From the NCBI GenBank assembly GCA_041686025.1, contig JAWLEP010000020.1, positions 1 to 53,389 on the forward strand: 53,389 bases of DNA, written 5' to 3'. The notes under the pieces were generated by a model that made no database searches, was not told where the DNA came from, and saw only the letters and a program-made list of their open reading frames with translations. Made by a program: the position numbers and the translations under genes. This document shows positions 28,344-38,084 of this stretch, piece after piece (the first letter of the stretch is position 1; every line of letters begins with the position of its first letter). Source of the DNA: Candidatus Fermentibacteraceae bacterium. GTDB taxonomy: Bacteria; Fermentibacterota; Fermentibacteria; Fermentibacterales; JCC-6.

Positions 28344-29213
28344 TTGAGCGGCGGACCCCCAGTCGAGGGCGCGGTATATCTGCTGGACAAGCCCCGGGGG
28401 CTCACCTCCCGGAAGGCGGCCGCAGAGGTGGCCGGGGCCTGGGACTTCGACAAGTTCGGGCACGGCGGAACGCTGGACCCCGACGCCACCGGGGTGCTGC
28501 TGGTGCTTCTGGGCAGGGCCACCAGGCTCTCCCGCTTCCTTACCGGCCACGGCAAGCGCTACCTCTTCGACGTTGTCCTGGGGAGCGCCACCGACACCGA
28601 CGACGCCACCGGGACGGTGGTCCGGGAGTCCGCCCCGGGCCAGGGGCCGCCGGACAGGGAGAGACTGGATGAGATCCTGGCCGCATTCACCGGCGAGTTC
28701 CAGCAGCGGCCCCCCAGCTTCTCCGCGGTCAGGGTGGACGGGAAAAGGGCCTTCAGGGCCGCCCGCGAGGGAGAGGCCCTGGAGCTGCCGGCCAAGCCGG
28801 TGCAGGCCCGCGACTGGGCGGTGAGAAGCCTGGGCCGCGACAGGATCTCGCTGGAGGTGACAGTCTCCTCGGGGACCTACGTCCGCTCGCTGGCGCGGGA
28901 CATCGGAGAGGCCCTGGGCTCTGCGGCCCACGCCGCCGACATCAGGAGGCTCAGCGTGGGCGAGTTCCGGGTGGAGGAGTGCTCGCCAGAGCCCCGCAGC
29001 CCGGATTCGCTGCTCACCATGGCCGGAGCCATGAGGGGTTTCCCGTCGGTGCGGCTCGGCGGCCGAAGCCTGGTGAGCGTACGGCACGGCATGACGGTTC
29101 CGGCCAGCGTTTCCGGAACCGCGGCGGTGCTGGGCCCCGGCGAAGCGCTGGTGGCGGTGGGAGAGGCCGACGGCACTGCGGTGCGCCCCATCTGCGTGCT
29201 GAGGCCGCTGTAG
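28344..29213 (+). CDS. truB: tRNA pseudouridine(55) synthase TruB
   Basis: 'DKP.G.TS', '[14 protein letters not shown]', 'PP.FSAV.VDGKR', '[11 protein letters not shown]'. Confidence 0.96.
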   Translation: MSGGPPVEGAVYLLDKPRGLTSRKAAAEVAGAWDFDKFGHGGTLDPDATGVLLVLLGRATRLSRFLTGHGKRYLFDVVLGSATDTDDATGTVVRESAPGQGPPDRERLDEILAAFTGEFQQRPPSFSAVRVDGKRAFRAAREGEALELPAKPVQARDWAVRSLGRDRISLEVTVSSGTYVRSLARDIGEALGSAAHAADIRRLSVGEFRVEECSPEPRSPDSLLTMAGAMRGFPSVRLGGRSLVSVRHGMTVPASVSGTAAVLGPGEALVAVGEADGTAVRPICVLRPL

Positions 29214-29215
29214 GC

Positions 29216-30064
29216 ATGCACCGGACAATCGCCCTGGGGAGCTTCGACGGTCTACACCTGGGGCACAGGGAGGTGATCCGGAGGGCGGCCGAGGAGGGTC
29301 CGGCAGCAGTGGTCTGCTTCGAGCCGGTGCCCAGACAGTACTTCCGGACGCATCCCTGCCCCATGAGGCTCACCACCTCCATGGAGAGGCTGGCCCTTCT
29401 GCGGGAGCAGGGGGCGGACATGCTGGTGTGGCCCTTCGACCGGGATACGGCCTCCCTGGAGCCCGGGGAGTTCCTGGACCGGGTGGCCGCGGGGTGCGTT
29501 CGGGTGGTGGCCGGCTACGACTTCCACTTCGGCCGCGGAAGGTCGGGGGGACCGGACCTCCTTCGGGAGTGGTGTCGCCAACGGGGCGTGGAAGCTGTTA
29601 TAGTTGGGGCTGTTCGAAAAGACGGCTCCCCTGTGAAGAGCCGGAGGATACGGCGGATGCTCCGCGAGGGCGATACAATCGGCGCTTCCGGCCTGCTGGG
29701 GCGCGACTACGGCGTCCGGGGGCCGGTGGCCCGGGGAAAGGGCCACGGCAGGAAGCTGGGGTTCCGGACACTGAACGTGAGGACCCCGGGGCCGAAGCTG
29801 CTGCCCGCCGAAGGCAGCTACGCGGCAAGGTTGCGGACGGACGAAGGCACATGGGACGGAGCCGCCTTCGTGCCAGAGGGGGCGAGGAGCCTGCTGGAGG
29901 TCCACATCCCCGGTTTCGACGGCGTCCCCTACGGCGCCGTCGTCGAGGTGGAGCTGGGCCCGTTCCTGGCCCCGCCCCGGGAGGGACTGGATGTGGGCGA
30001 GTTGAGAAGCAAGATAGCCACAGAGGTGGAGAAAGCGATGGAGGTCTGCAGGAGATGGCGATAA
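29216..30064 (+). CDS. ribF: Bifunctional riboflavin kinase / FAD synthetase (kinase domain divergent)
   Basis: '[10 protein letters not shown]', 'GYDFHFG', 'G.G.GRKLGF', 'LEVH'; position after truB. Confidence 0.9.
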   Translation: MHRTIALGSFDGLHLGHREVIRRAAEEGPAAVVCFEPVPRQYFRTHPCPMRLTTSMERLALLREQGADMLVWPFDRDTASLEPGEFLDRVAAGCVRVVAGYDFHFGRGRSGGPDLLREWCRQRGVEAVIVGAVRKDGSPVKSRRIRRMLREGDTIGASGLLGRDYGVRGPVARGKGHGRKLGFRTLNVRTPGPKLLPAEGSYAARLRTDEGTWDGAAFVPEGARSLLEVHIPGFDGVPYGAVVEVELGPFLAPPREGLDVGELRSKIATEVEKAMEVCRRWR

Positions 30065-30324
30065 CGCCTCAGAGAAAGGCCGAGCTGGTGGAGCAGTTCG
30101 GCGGTGACGCCCGGGACACGGGCAGGACTGAGGTCCAGATAGCGATACTCACCGACAGGATCGGAGAGCTCACCGACCACAGCAAGCGGCACCCCGGGGA
30201 CCATGACAGCCGCCGGGGCCTGCTGCAGCTGGTGGGAAAGAGGAGAAAGCTGCTGGACTACCTCAAGAACAAGGAAATTGAGAGGTACCGCGACGTAATA
30301 GAGAAGCTGGGACTGAGACGATAG
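30055..30324 (+). CDS. rpsO: 30S ribosomal protein S15
   Basis: 89 aa; 'DTG.TEVQIA.LT', 'HP.DH.SRRGLL.LVGKRR.LL.YL', 'LGLRR'. Confidence 0.98.
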   Translation: MAITPQRKAELVEQFGGDARDTGRTEVQIAILTDRIGELTDHSKRHPGDHDSRRGLLQLVGKRRKLLDYLKNKEIERYRDVIEKLGLRR

Positions 30325-30428
30325 CAGAGATGGGAAGCGGTTTTCGGCAGAGGGCCGGAGGCTTGGCACCCTGCCCGGGGCACACGGCCGCGGGCAACAC
30401 AAACGAAGAAACGGCAGGATAGAACAGA

Positions 30429-32528
30429 ATGGCAATGAAACTGGAAAAGACAATCGCAGGGCGCAAGCTGACGATAGAGACCGGACGGATGGCCAAGCAG
30501 GCCCACGGCGCGGTCTTCGTACAGTACGGCGAGTCAGCCGTGCTGGTAGCGGCCACGTCGGAGATGGAGCCGAAGGACCTTCCGTTCTTCCCTCTGACCA
30601 TAGAGTACCGCGAGAGAACCTACGCCGCCGGCAAGATACCCGGAGGCTTCTTCAAGAGAGAGGGCCGGCCCAGCGACAAGGAGGTCCTCACCGCGAGGAT
30701 GATAGACCGGCCGCTGCGCCCGCTCTTCCCGAAGGGCTACATGAACGAGACCCAGGTCTACTGCCTGGCGCTGAGCTCCGACGGGGAGAACGACCCGGCC
30801 CTGCTGGGAATGATCGGCGCCTCGGCTTCGCTGATGGTCTCGGACATCCCCTGGGACGGACCCGTATCCCCCATGAAGGTGGGCCGCGTGGACGGCGAGC
30901 TGATGCTCAACCCCACCACCACCCAGATGGAGGAGAGCGACCTGGACCTGGTGGTCTCGGTCAGGGGCGGCGACGTGGTCATGATGGAGGGCGACGCCCG
31001 GGAGCTTCCCGAGGACGTGGTCCTGGAGGCCATCGAGATGGCCGTGGAAGAGGCCGCGAAGATCAACGAGATGCAGGAGGAGATGGCCCGGGCGGAGGCT
31101 CCCCCCAAGAGGGACTTCCAGTTCCACGAGGTCCGAGAGGGTCTTCAGGAGGCGGTCACTCCCATCGTGGAGGAGGAGCTGGAGAAGGTCTACGGCAGGC
31201 CGGAGAAGCAGGCCATGGCCGAGGCCATCAAGCGGGCGAAGGAGCGGATCGACGGGGATCTGGCCGGGCGCTTCGGCGCCGCCGATGACGAGAAGCTCTG
31301 GAAGAAGGACGTCTCCATCTGCGTAACCGAGGCGGAGAAGGGCTACGTCAGGCGCAGGCTGCTGAAGGACAGGGCCCGCTACGACGGCCGGACCCCCGAC
31401 CAGGTGCGTCAGATCACCTGCGAGGTGGGCGTCCTTCCCAGGACCCACGGGTCGGCGATGTTCACCCGTGGCGAGACGCAGGCCCTGGTGGCCGCCACCC
31501 TGGGAGGCTCCCGTGACGAGCAGCGGGTGGACGCCCTGCTGGGAGAGTACCAGAAGAGCTTCATGCTCCACTACAACTTCCCGCCGTTCAGTGTGGGCGA
31601 GTGCCGCCCCATTCGCGGCCCCGGCCGCAGGGAGAAGGGCCACGGCCACCTGGCCGAGACCGCCCTCAAGCCGGTGATGCCCGAGGACTTCAACTACACC
31701 GTACGGGTGGTTTCCGACATACTGGAGTCCAACGGGTCCTCCTCGCAGGCAACCGTCTGCGGCGGATCGCTGTGCCTGATGGACGCCGGAATACCCATAG
31801 CCAGGCACGTTGCGGGAATAGCCCTGGGCCTGGTCACCGACGGCGACAGCTACATCGTCCTCTCCGACATCGCCGGAGCCGAGGACCATCTGGGCGACAT
31901 GGACCTGAAGATAGCCGGGTCCGACCGCGGCATAACGGCCATTCAGATGGACCTGAAGGTGGAGGGCATCTCCCGCAAGGTCCTGGGAGAGGCCTTCGAG
32001 CAGTCCCGCCGCAACCGGATGGAGATACTCAAGTGCATGACGGCCGCCATAGCGGCCCCGCGGGAGAGCCTCAGTCCGCATGCCCCGCGCATAACCACCG
32101 TGCAGGTGGACAAGGACAAGATCGGCAAGATCATCGGCCCCGGCGGCAAGAACATACGCCGCATAACCGATGAGAGCGGGGCGGAGGTCAACATAGACGA
32201 CGACGGCGTGGTGACCGTCCTCTCCAACGACGCCGCGGCGGCGGAGAAGGCCGTGGAGATGATCGAGGCCTGCGCCGGCAAGGTGAAGCTGGACACGGTC
32301 TACCACGGCAAGGTGGTCAGCGTGATGAACTACGGCGCCTTCGTGGAGCTGGTGCCCGGCACCGACGGCCTGGTTCACGTCAGCGAGCTGAAGAAGGAGC
32401 GGGTCAGGCACCCCTCCGACGTTGTCAGCATAGGCGACAGGGTCTGGGTCAAGGTCAAGAAGGTCCGTGACGACGGCAAGATAGACCTGACCATGAAGGA
32501 CGTGAAGGACGAGGAGAAGACCGACTAG
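30429..32528 (+). CDS. pnp: Polyribonucleotide nucleotidyltransferase (PNPase)
   Basis: 'GKIPGGFFKREG', 'RTHGS..FTRGETQ', 'ESNGSSS', 'DHLGDMD', KH and S1 domains. Confidence 0.98.
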   Translation: MAMKLEKTIAGRKLTIETGRMAKQAHGAVFVQYGESAVLVAATSEMEPKDLPFFPLTIEYRERTYAAGKIPGGFFKREGRPSDKEVLTARMIDRPLRPLFPKGYMNETQVYCLALSSDGENDPALLGMIGASASLMVSDIPWDGPVSPMKVGRVDGELMLNPTTTQMEESDLDLVVSVRGGDVVMMEGDARELPEDVVLEAIEMAVEEAAKINEMQEEMARAEAPPKRDFQFHEVREGLQEAVTPIVEEELEKVYGRPEKQAMAEAIKRAKERIDGDLAGRFGAADDEKLWKKDVSICVTEAEKGYVRRRLLKDRARYDGRTPDQVRQITCEVGVLPRTHGSAMFTRGETQALVAATLGGSRDEQRVDALLGEYQKSFMLHYNFPPFSVGECRPIRGPGRREKGHGHLAETALKPVMPEDFNYTVRVVSDILESNGSSSQATVCGGSLCLMDAGIPIARHVAGIALGLVTDGDSYIVLSDIAGAEDHLGDMDLKIAGSDRGITAIQMDLKVEGISRKVLGEAFEQSRRNRMEILKCMTAAIAAPRESLSPHAPRITTVQVDKDKIGKIIGPGGKNIRRITDESGAEVNIDDDGVVTVLSNDAAAAEKAVEMIEACAGKVKLDTVYHGKVVSVMNYGAFVELVPGTDGLVHVSELKKERVRHPSDVVSIGDRVWVKVKKVRDDGKIDLTMKDVKDEEKTD

Positions 32529-32531
32529 GGC

Positions 32532-32990
32532 ATGAGCGACGAGCCCCTTCGAATACGGGTGGAGGTCCTTCCCCACGGGAAGGGCCTCGACCTGCCCGCC
32601 TACGCCACCGACGGCGCAAGCGGCGCCGACCTGCGGGCGGCGGTGGACGCCCCGGTCTCGATCCCGCCGGGGGAGAGGCGGACGGTGCCCACCGGCATAA
32701 GGGTCGCCGTGCCCCCGGGGCACGAGTGGCAGATAAGGCCCCGCAGCGGCCTGGCCGCCCGGAAGGGCGTGACGGTGCTGAACGCTCCGGGCACGGTGGA
32801 TGCCGACTACAGGGGCGAGGTGAAGGTCATACTGGTGAACCTCGGCGATGCCCCCGTAGAGATCGTGAGGGGGGAGAGAATCGCCCAGGCGGTCCTGGCC
32901 AGTGTCGAGAGGGCGGTCATGCAGAGCACCGACAGCCTGCCGGAGTCCGGCCGCGGAAGCGGAGGCTTCGGCCACACGGGCCGACATTGA
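32532..32990 (+). CDS. dut: dUTP diphosphatase
   Basis: 'GADL', 'RPRSGLA', '[10 protein letters not shown]', 'ERIAQ', 'RG.GGFGHTG'. Confidence 0.97.
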   Translation: MSDEPLRIRVEVLPHGKGLDLPAYATDGASGADLRAAVDAPVSIPPGERRTVPTGIRVAVPPGHEWQIRPRSGLAARKGVTVLNAPGTVDADYRGEVKVILVNLGDAPVEIVRGERIAQAVLASVERAVMQSTDSLPESGRGSGGFGHTGRH

Positions 32991-33460
32991 GGGCGGCGGT
33001 TCTGGCGGCGGCCTCGCTGCTGGCCCTGGGCTGCGCCTACAGCGTGCGCGGAAACCTCCCCGCCCACATCCAGTCGGTGCGGGTGGAGCGCTTCCGGAGC
33101 ATGGCCACCGAGTACGGCCTCGACCAGGAGCTCACCGCCACCGTCACCGAAAGGCTTGTGGAGGACGGAAGGCTGGCCGTGGTCACCTCCTCCCCCGATG
33201 CCAGCCTCAGCGGCACGGTCACCAGCTTCGACAGGTCGGCCTACTCATACACCTCCTCGGAGAGCGTGGAGGAGTACCGGCTGCTGATATCCATCTCCGC
33301 GGAGCTGGTGGACCTCACCACCGAGGAGAAGATGCTGGACGAGCAGATACGGGAGTGGATAACCTACTCCCCCGAAGAGGAGAGCTTCGCAGACGCCAAG
33401 GCCCGTCTGCTGGACATAGCCGCCGACGAGGTGGTCAGGGCGGCGCTGTCGGGCTGGTAG
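32987..33460 (+). CDS. lptE: LPS-assembly lipoprotein LptE family
   Basis: TTG overlaps the dut stop; lipobox 'LALGC-AY'; 'LP.HI.SV.V..F', 'DA.L.G.V', terminal 'W'. Confidence 0.75.
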   Translation: MRAAVLAAASLLALGCAYSVRGNLPAHIQSVRVERFRSMATEYGLDQELTATVTERLVEDGRLAVVTSSPDASLSGTVTSFDRSAYSYTSSESVEEYRLLISISAELVDLTTEEKMLDEQIREWITYSPEEESFADAKARLLDIAADEVVRAALSGW

Positions 33461-33507
33461 CCCACCGGGGCGGGCCATTACCGCTGTCGCGGAACGATAC
33501 CGGAAGG

Positions 33508-33888
33508 ATGCAGATGAGGAGAATCGGAGCCATAGACTTTGGATGTCTCTTCACCGGTGCGCTGGTGCTTCTGGTTCTCGTCATGGGGTGGAAGCTCCTG
33601 GACTTCCTGATCCTCAGGCCCGCCTCCGTGAAGGGTGAGATCAACGACATCTACGACGAGGTGAGGCTGATCGACAACCCGGCCACCCGCTGGCAGAACT
33701 TCAAGCAGGGGTGGAGGGTGATGGTCAGGGAGACCGACAACGAGATCATCCGCGCCAATCCCCACAACATCCACGTGACCTCGAACCAGGACAGCATCTA
33801 CTTCGACTACTCGGACTCACTCTGCTTCCCAATGCTTGGCTCCTGGAACAGGGAGTTCGTCGTCAAGCGGCTGTTCAGCAGACAGTGA
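33508..33888 (+). CDS. Hypothetical single-TM protein with a pilin-like N-terminus
   Basis: 'RRIG-AIDFGCLF' followed by a hydrophobic helix; host-like codon usage. Confidence 0.55.
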   Translation: MQMRRIGAIDFGCLFTGALVLLVLVMGWKLLDFLILRPASVKGEINDIYDEVRLIDNPATRWQNFKQGWRVMVRETDNEIIRANPHNIHVTSNQDSIYFDYSDSLCFPMLGSWNREFVVKRLFSRQ

Positions 33889-33909
33889 CCGACGGGAAAG
33901 AGGCCGGCC

Positions 33910-34098
33910 TTGAGCATCGTTGAGCACTGGCGGGACCGTCATCCGCGGCACGGCGGGAGTGGGCGCCTGCTGCTCTACATCATCCTGCTGATAGCCGTGA
34001 TCCTGGTGATAGCCAGGGGCGAGTCCGCCATAGAGAGCTTCGCCCGGATCTTCATGGGATCCGGGGAGGAGCGGACCACGGAGGAGGCAGGCCCCTGA
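33910..34098 (+). CDS. Small single-TM hypothetical protein
   Basis: 62 aa; AAGAGG upstream of TTG; one hydrophobic helix 'LLLYIILLIAVILVI'. Confidence 0.6.
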   Translation: MSIVEHWRDRHPRHGGSGRLLLYIILLIAVILVIARGESAIESFARIFMGSGEERTTEEAGP

Positions 34099-34973
34099 GC
34101 TCCGTCATCGAGGTTTTCGACGGTCATGTGGACACGCTGCTCCGCCTGGGGGACCCGGACGACTTCCGCACGGGCGCCGGGACCCACGCGGACGGTCCCC
34201 GCTGCAGGGAAGCCGGCGTGCGCGACCTGGTCGGCGCCGTCTGCGCCGAGGGGGAGAGCGACTGGAGGCGGGCCCTGGACCGGGGAATGAAGAGCTGGCG
34301 CGCCCTCAGGGACATGGAGCGCCCCCGTCTCCATCTGATGCTGGAGGGAGCGGAGCCCCTGGCCCGGCTGGACGACCCCGAGCCGATACTGGAGGGCCTG
34401 GAGATGGCCACGCTGACCTGGAACCCGGCAAACAGCCTGGCCGGAGGAGTGCAGTCGGACTCCGGCCTCACCGCCGAGGGCAGGAGCTGGGTGAGGCGGC
34501 TGGAGTCCCTGGGGGTGCTGCTGGACGTGTCCCACCTCTGCGCCAGGTCCCGGCGGGACCTGCTGTCCGTGGCCGAAGGCCCCGTGGTGGCCTCGCACAG
34601 CAACGCCGCAGGGCTCTGCGACCATCCCAGGAACCTTCCGGACGCCGACATCCGTGAGCTGGCCGGGCGGGGAGGCCTGGTGGGCATCACCTTCGTACCC
34701 TCGTTCCTGGGCGGGGACGCCGGGATGGATACCGTCATGGACCATCTGTCATATGTGGCCGACCTTGTGGGCACCGAAGCGGTTGCCTTCGGCAGCGATT
34801 TCGACGGCATCGGCCGCCTTCCCCGGGACATCGAGGGCTGCCAGTCCTGGCCCGGGGTGCTGGAGGCCATGGCCGAGAAGGGCTTCACAGACGAAGAGAT
34901 CAGGGCGGTGGCCGCGGACAACTGGCGGCGCCTGCTGGGATCGGAAGACAGCGAAAGGGGCGGTAGCTCATGA
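34095..34973 (+). CDS. Membrane dipeptidase (peptidase M19 family)
   Basis: 'DGHVD' metal motif just after a proposed CTG start; 'LEG', 'LTWN', 'DVSH', 'SHSN', 'HPRN', 'GSDFDG', 'NW.R'. Confidence 0.9.
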   Translation: MSSVIEVFDGHVDTLLRLGDPDDFRTGAGTHADGPRCREAGVRDLVGAVCAEGESDWRRALDRGMKSWRALRDMERPRLHLMLEGAEPLARLDDPEPILEGLEMATLTWNPANSLAGGVQSDSGLTAEGRSWVRRLESLGVLLDVSHLCARSRRDLLSVAEGPVVASHSNAAGLCDHPRNLPDADIRELAGRGGLVGITFVPSFLGGDAGMDTVMDHLSYVADLVGTEAVAFGSDFDGIGRLPRDIEGCQSWPGVLEAMAEKGFTDEEIRAVAADNWRRLLGSEDSERGGSS

Positions 34974-35758
34974 GGCTTGCTTTTGCACTGGGGGCGGCTG
35001 TGATGGCCGCCGCCTGCGCGCAGACGCCGTTCGAGTTCGACGTGGTCCGGCAGCTCATAGAGGGGGAGCCCCACATTAGCGTCCTCCGCATAGAGATCCT
35101 GCCGGACACCCCGGTGGAGGGAGAGACCACCCTCAGCCTGTCGGCACGGGCCGGCCTCTACATCCGCAGCCGGGACAACCGCATCTACCCCGACTCCCAG
35201 ACCGCCCGGGACGTGGTATTCTCCGGGGCACTTCACTACCAGGCCGCCGCGCCCAGGGACAGGCTGGCCCGCATACTCGAAGTGGTGTCCTCCAACCTCC
35301 GGCGCTACCCGGGCATAGGTGCCGACCACCTGGAGCTGGACTTCGTCTCCGGCGACGACATGAGCTGGCTGAGGCTCCGGCTGCCCATGAGCCTGGTGGA
35401 TTCCTACGTGCGGGAGGGAACCCCCGAGATAGAGCTCTGGAAGAGGGCAGAAATCTGGAGCGCCGAGGTGGGTACCTGCACCTTCCCCCTGGAGGTGGAG
35501 CCCCCCCCTCCGCTGGCGGGTGAGGTCTCCGCACCGGATACCGTGACCATCCTCCGGTACCCGGTGGCCACCAGGCACGCCTGGAAGTCGGCCATTCTGC
35601 CCGGCTGGGGCCAGCTGGCCTCCGGACGGGGCGTCGGCTGGATCAACCTGGCGGTGGAGGCCGGAGGCGTGGCCCTCCTGGCGACCGAAGAATACAGGGA
35701 GGCCGGCGCCGCGGTGCTGGCCACCAACCATCTGATCAGCATCATGGACCTCCTCTAG
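34970..35758 (+). CDS. Hypothetical lipoprotein with a C-terminal DUF5683-like motif
   Basis: Lipobox-like 'AAAC'; C-terminal 'AWKSAILPGWGQ'. Confidence 0.6.
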   Translation: MRLAFALGAAVMAAACAQTPFEFDVVRQLIEGEPHISVLRIEILPDTPVEGETTLSLSARAGLYIRSRDNRIYPDSQTARDVVFSGALHYQAAAPRDRLARILEVVSSNLRRYPGIGADHLELDFVSGDDMSWLRLRLPMSLVDSYVREGTPEIELWKRAEIWSAEVGTCTFPLEVEPPPPLAGEVSAPDTVTILRYPVATRHAWKSAILPGWGQLASGRGVGWINLAVEAGGVALLATEEYREAGAAVLATNHLISIMDLL

Positions 35759-35779
35759 AGCAACGAAGGGAGCTCCCCC

Positions 35780-36085
35780 ATGAAGACTGTTTCGCTCGCG
35801 CTCTTTCTGGTGGGCATACTGATGTGGACCGGGGCGTTCTTCTTCGGCCCCGACAGCGAGTTCTGGCGCTTCGGCCTCTACGGCGCCATCGCCCTGGCCG
35901 GTGGCGTCCTCTTCTACCTCCTGGTGTTCATCACCCCGGGGGCCGACGCCAGCATGCCCAGGCGCAGGCACCGCGGCCCCACACGGAAGTGCAGGATCTG
36001 CGGCCGCCCGGCGCTGCCCGACTCCGACCTGTGCCGCTACCATGCCGAGGAGCAGGGCACACTGGTCAGCAAGGACGATTTCTGA
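35780..36085 (+). CDS. Small two-TM protein with a C-terminal CxxC...CxxH zinc finger
   Basis: Two hydrophobic helices, then 'CRICGRPALPDSDLCRYH'. Confidence 0.7.
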   Translation: MKTVSLALFLVGILMWTGAFFFGPDSEFWRFGLYGAIALAGGVLFYLLVFITPGADASMPRRRHRGPTRKCRICGRPALPDSDLCRYHAEEQGTLVSKDDF

Positions 36086-37101
36086 GCCTTCCCCGACTGG
36101 GCCGGAGGGCCCTGGCCGGACTTCTCGCGGCCTCGGCCCTGGCGGCCTTCGCCCTCCGTCTGCTCTGCGGGGACGGCGCACCGCCGCCGCAGCGGCACAG
36201 CAATGCCTTTCCCGCCATGGGCACCATGGCCAGCATCATCGTCTACTGTCCGCCGGATACCGCCGATGTCCTCCTGGAGGAGGCCCAGAGGCTGGTCCAC
36301 GACCTTGACCGCAGTCTCAGCGCCTACGAAGACGGCCGGCTGGGCCTGCTGAACGAGCTGGGCCGGGCATCCCTGGACGACGCCGATCTCAGGGCCATGG
36401 TCACCGCCTCGGACAGCCTGCAGAGGATCACCGGAGGCGCATTCGATCCCACAACCGGCGGCCTGGTGCGTCTGTGGGGCTTTCCCGCCAGCCCGGCGGT
36501 GCCCGCCGGCGGAGAGATCGACTCGGTTCTCGGCCTCACCGGCTGGGAGCGGCTGGTGAGCGTCTCCTCCGACTCGGTAGTGATGGCCCCGGGGGTAACC
36601 GTGGACTTCGGGGCCGCGGCCAAGGGCTACGCCGCGGACCGCGCGTACACGGCCCTGATGGACATGGGCGCCTCCGCCGCCCTTGTGGAGATCGGGGGGG
36701 AGGTCCGCTGCGGCTCCCGGCCGGGCTTCGGGAAGGTCTGGACCGTAGGCATCCGGCATCCTCGCGACGGCGGCCTCCTGGACACCGTACGGGTGGAGCA
36801 GGGGGCCCTGGCCACCTCGGGGGACTACGAGTGCTTCTTCATCGACCCCGCCGGCCGCAGGCTCTCGCACATCATCGACCCCTCCAGCGGACACCCGGCG
36901 CAGAACGCGGTGTCCGCCTCCGTCCTCGCCCGAAGCTGCGTGGTGGCGGACGCCGTGGCCACCGCGCTGGTCATAGGGGGACGGGAGCTGGCGGATTCCT
37001 TGCCGGAGGGCCTGGTACGGGCTATCCTGATAGTGGAAGACGATGATGACGGTATTCGAGTCGGGAGGAGGGGAGAATGGCAAGACAGCCCCAATGGGTA
37101 A
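36082..37101 (+). CDS. apbE: FAD:protein FMN transferase ApbE
   Basis: 'AMGT', 'GAFDPT', 'DFGAAAKGYA.D', 'EIGGE', 'W.VGI.HP', 'ATSGDYE', 'HIIDP', 'ADA.AT'. Start proposed at CTG 36082. Confidence 0.93.
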   Translation: MSLPRLGRRALAGLLAASALAAFALRLLCGDGAPPPQRHSNAFPAMGTMASIIVYCPPDTADVLLEEAQRLVHDLDRSLSAYEDGRLGLLNELGRASLDDADLRAMVTASDSLQRITGGAFDPTTGGLVRLWGFPASPAVPAGGEIDSVLGLTGWERLVSVSSDSVVMAPGVTVDFGAAAKGYAADRAYTALMDMGASAALVEIGGEVRCGSRPGFGKVWTVGIRHPRDGGLLDTVRVEQGALATSGDYECFFIDPAGRRLSHIIDPSSGHPAQNAVSASVLARSCVVADAVATALVIGGRELADSLPEGLVRAILIVEDDDDGIRVGRRGEWQDSPNG

Positions 37102-38084
37102 AGCCCGAGGACGGAGGCTGGCGCTGCACACTGTGTCCCCAGGCGTGTCTCTGGACCGGTGAGACCCCCCTGGGCCTCTGCAGGGTGCGGGGGCTGGTGG
37201 ACGGCCGGCCGGCGCTGCCGGGCTACGGGCAGTGCGTCTCCCTGGCCATCGATCCCATAGAGAAGAAGCCCCTTTACCACTTCCTTCCCGGAAGCAGCAT
37301 ACTCTCCACCGGGCCCGCCGGGTGCAACCTCAGCTGCGCCTTCTGCCAGAACTGGACCATCTCCCAGGACGACGGAGCGCCCACCAGGTACGTGGCCCCG
37401 CAGGACCTTGCGGACATGGCCCTCAGCAGGGGAAGCGGCGGAGTGGCCTTCACCTACACCGAGCCCACCATCTGGTTCGAGTACATAGAGGACACCGCGC
37501 CCCTGGTCAGGGAGAGGGGGGGAGTGGTGGTGATGGTGTCCAACGGCTACGTGAGCCCGAAGCCCCTGAAGCGCTACCTGGAGCTATCCGACGCCTGGAA
37601 CGTGGACCTGAAGGCATGGACCGACGGATTCTACAGCAGGCTGTGCGGAGGACGCCTGAAGCCGGTACTCAGAACCATCAGGACCATAGCCGACAGCTCC
37701 GCGCACCTGGAGGTAACCCTCCTGATAATCCCCGGCGAGAACGACAGTCCCGAGGAGTGGGACGGCATGGCCTCGTGGCTGGCGGACAACGCCGGACCCG
37801 AGGTGCCCGTCCACCTCTCGCGGTACTTTCCCAACTACCGGCACGACGGGGAGGTGACCCCGGAGTCCATGCTGGCCGAGGCCAGGGAGGTCTTCGCCCA
37901 GAGGCTGCACCACGTCTACATCGGCAACGTGGCCGGTGGAGTGAGAGACACTGTCTGCCCCGGCTGCGGCCAGGTGCTGGTCAGACGCCGCGGCTACCAG
38001 GGCAGGACGGTGGGCGTGCAGGACGGCAGGTGCGCTTCCTGCGGCGCGGAGGTCTCGGTTGTCGACCGGATCGAGAGGGAATAG
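37077..38084 (+). CDS. amrS: AmmeMemoRadiSam system radical SAM enzyme
   Basis: N-terminal CxxCP..C...GLC.VR, 'DPIEKKPLYHF.PG', CNLSCAFCQNW.IS, 'AFTYTEP', 'VDLK', 'HLSRYFP', 'YIGN', C-terminal CP.C...C..C. Confidence 0.93.
   Translation: MARQPQWVKPEDGGWRCTLCPQACLWTGETPLGLCRVRGLVDGRPALPGYGQCVSLAIDPIEKKPLYHFLPGSSILSTGPAGCNLSCAFCQNWTISQDDGAPTRYVAPQDLADMALSRGSGGVAFTYTEPTIWFEYIEDTAPLVRERGGVVVMVSNGYVSPKPLKRYLELSDAWNVDLKAWTDGFYSRLCGGRLKPVLRTIRTIADSSAHLEVTLLIIPGENDSPEEWDGMASWLADNAGPEVPVHLSRYFPNYRHDGEVTPESMLAEAREVFAQRLHHVYIGNVAGGVRDTVCPGCGQVLVRRRGYQGRTVGVQDGRCASCGAEVSVVDRIERE

Noticed and set aside
21063..32987. Very long minus-strand ORFs (21063-24125, 23848-26004, 25853-28555, 30534-32987) and similar ones across the window
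   Set aside because: Antisense shadows of well-supported + strand genes. High GC and codon bias suppress stop codons, and the translations carry no family motifs.
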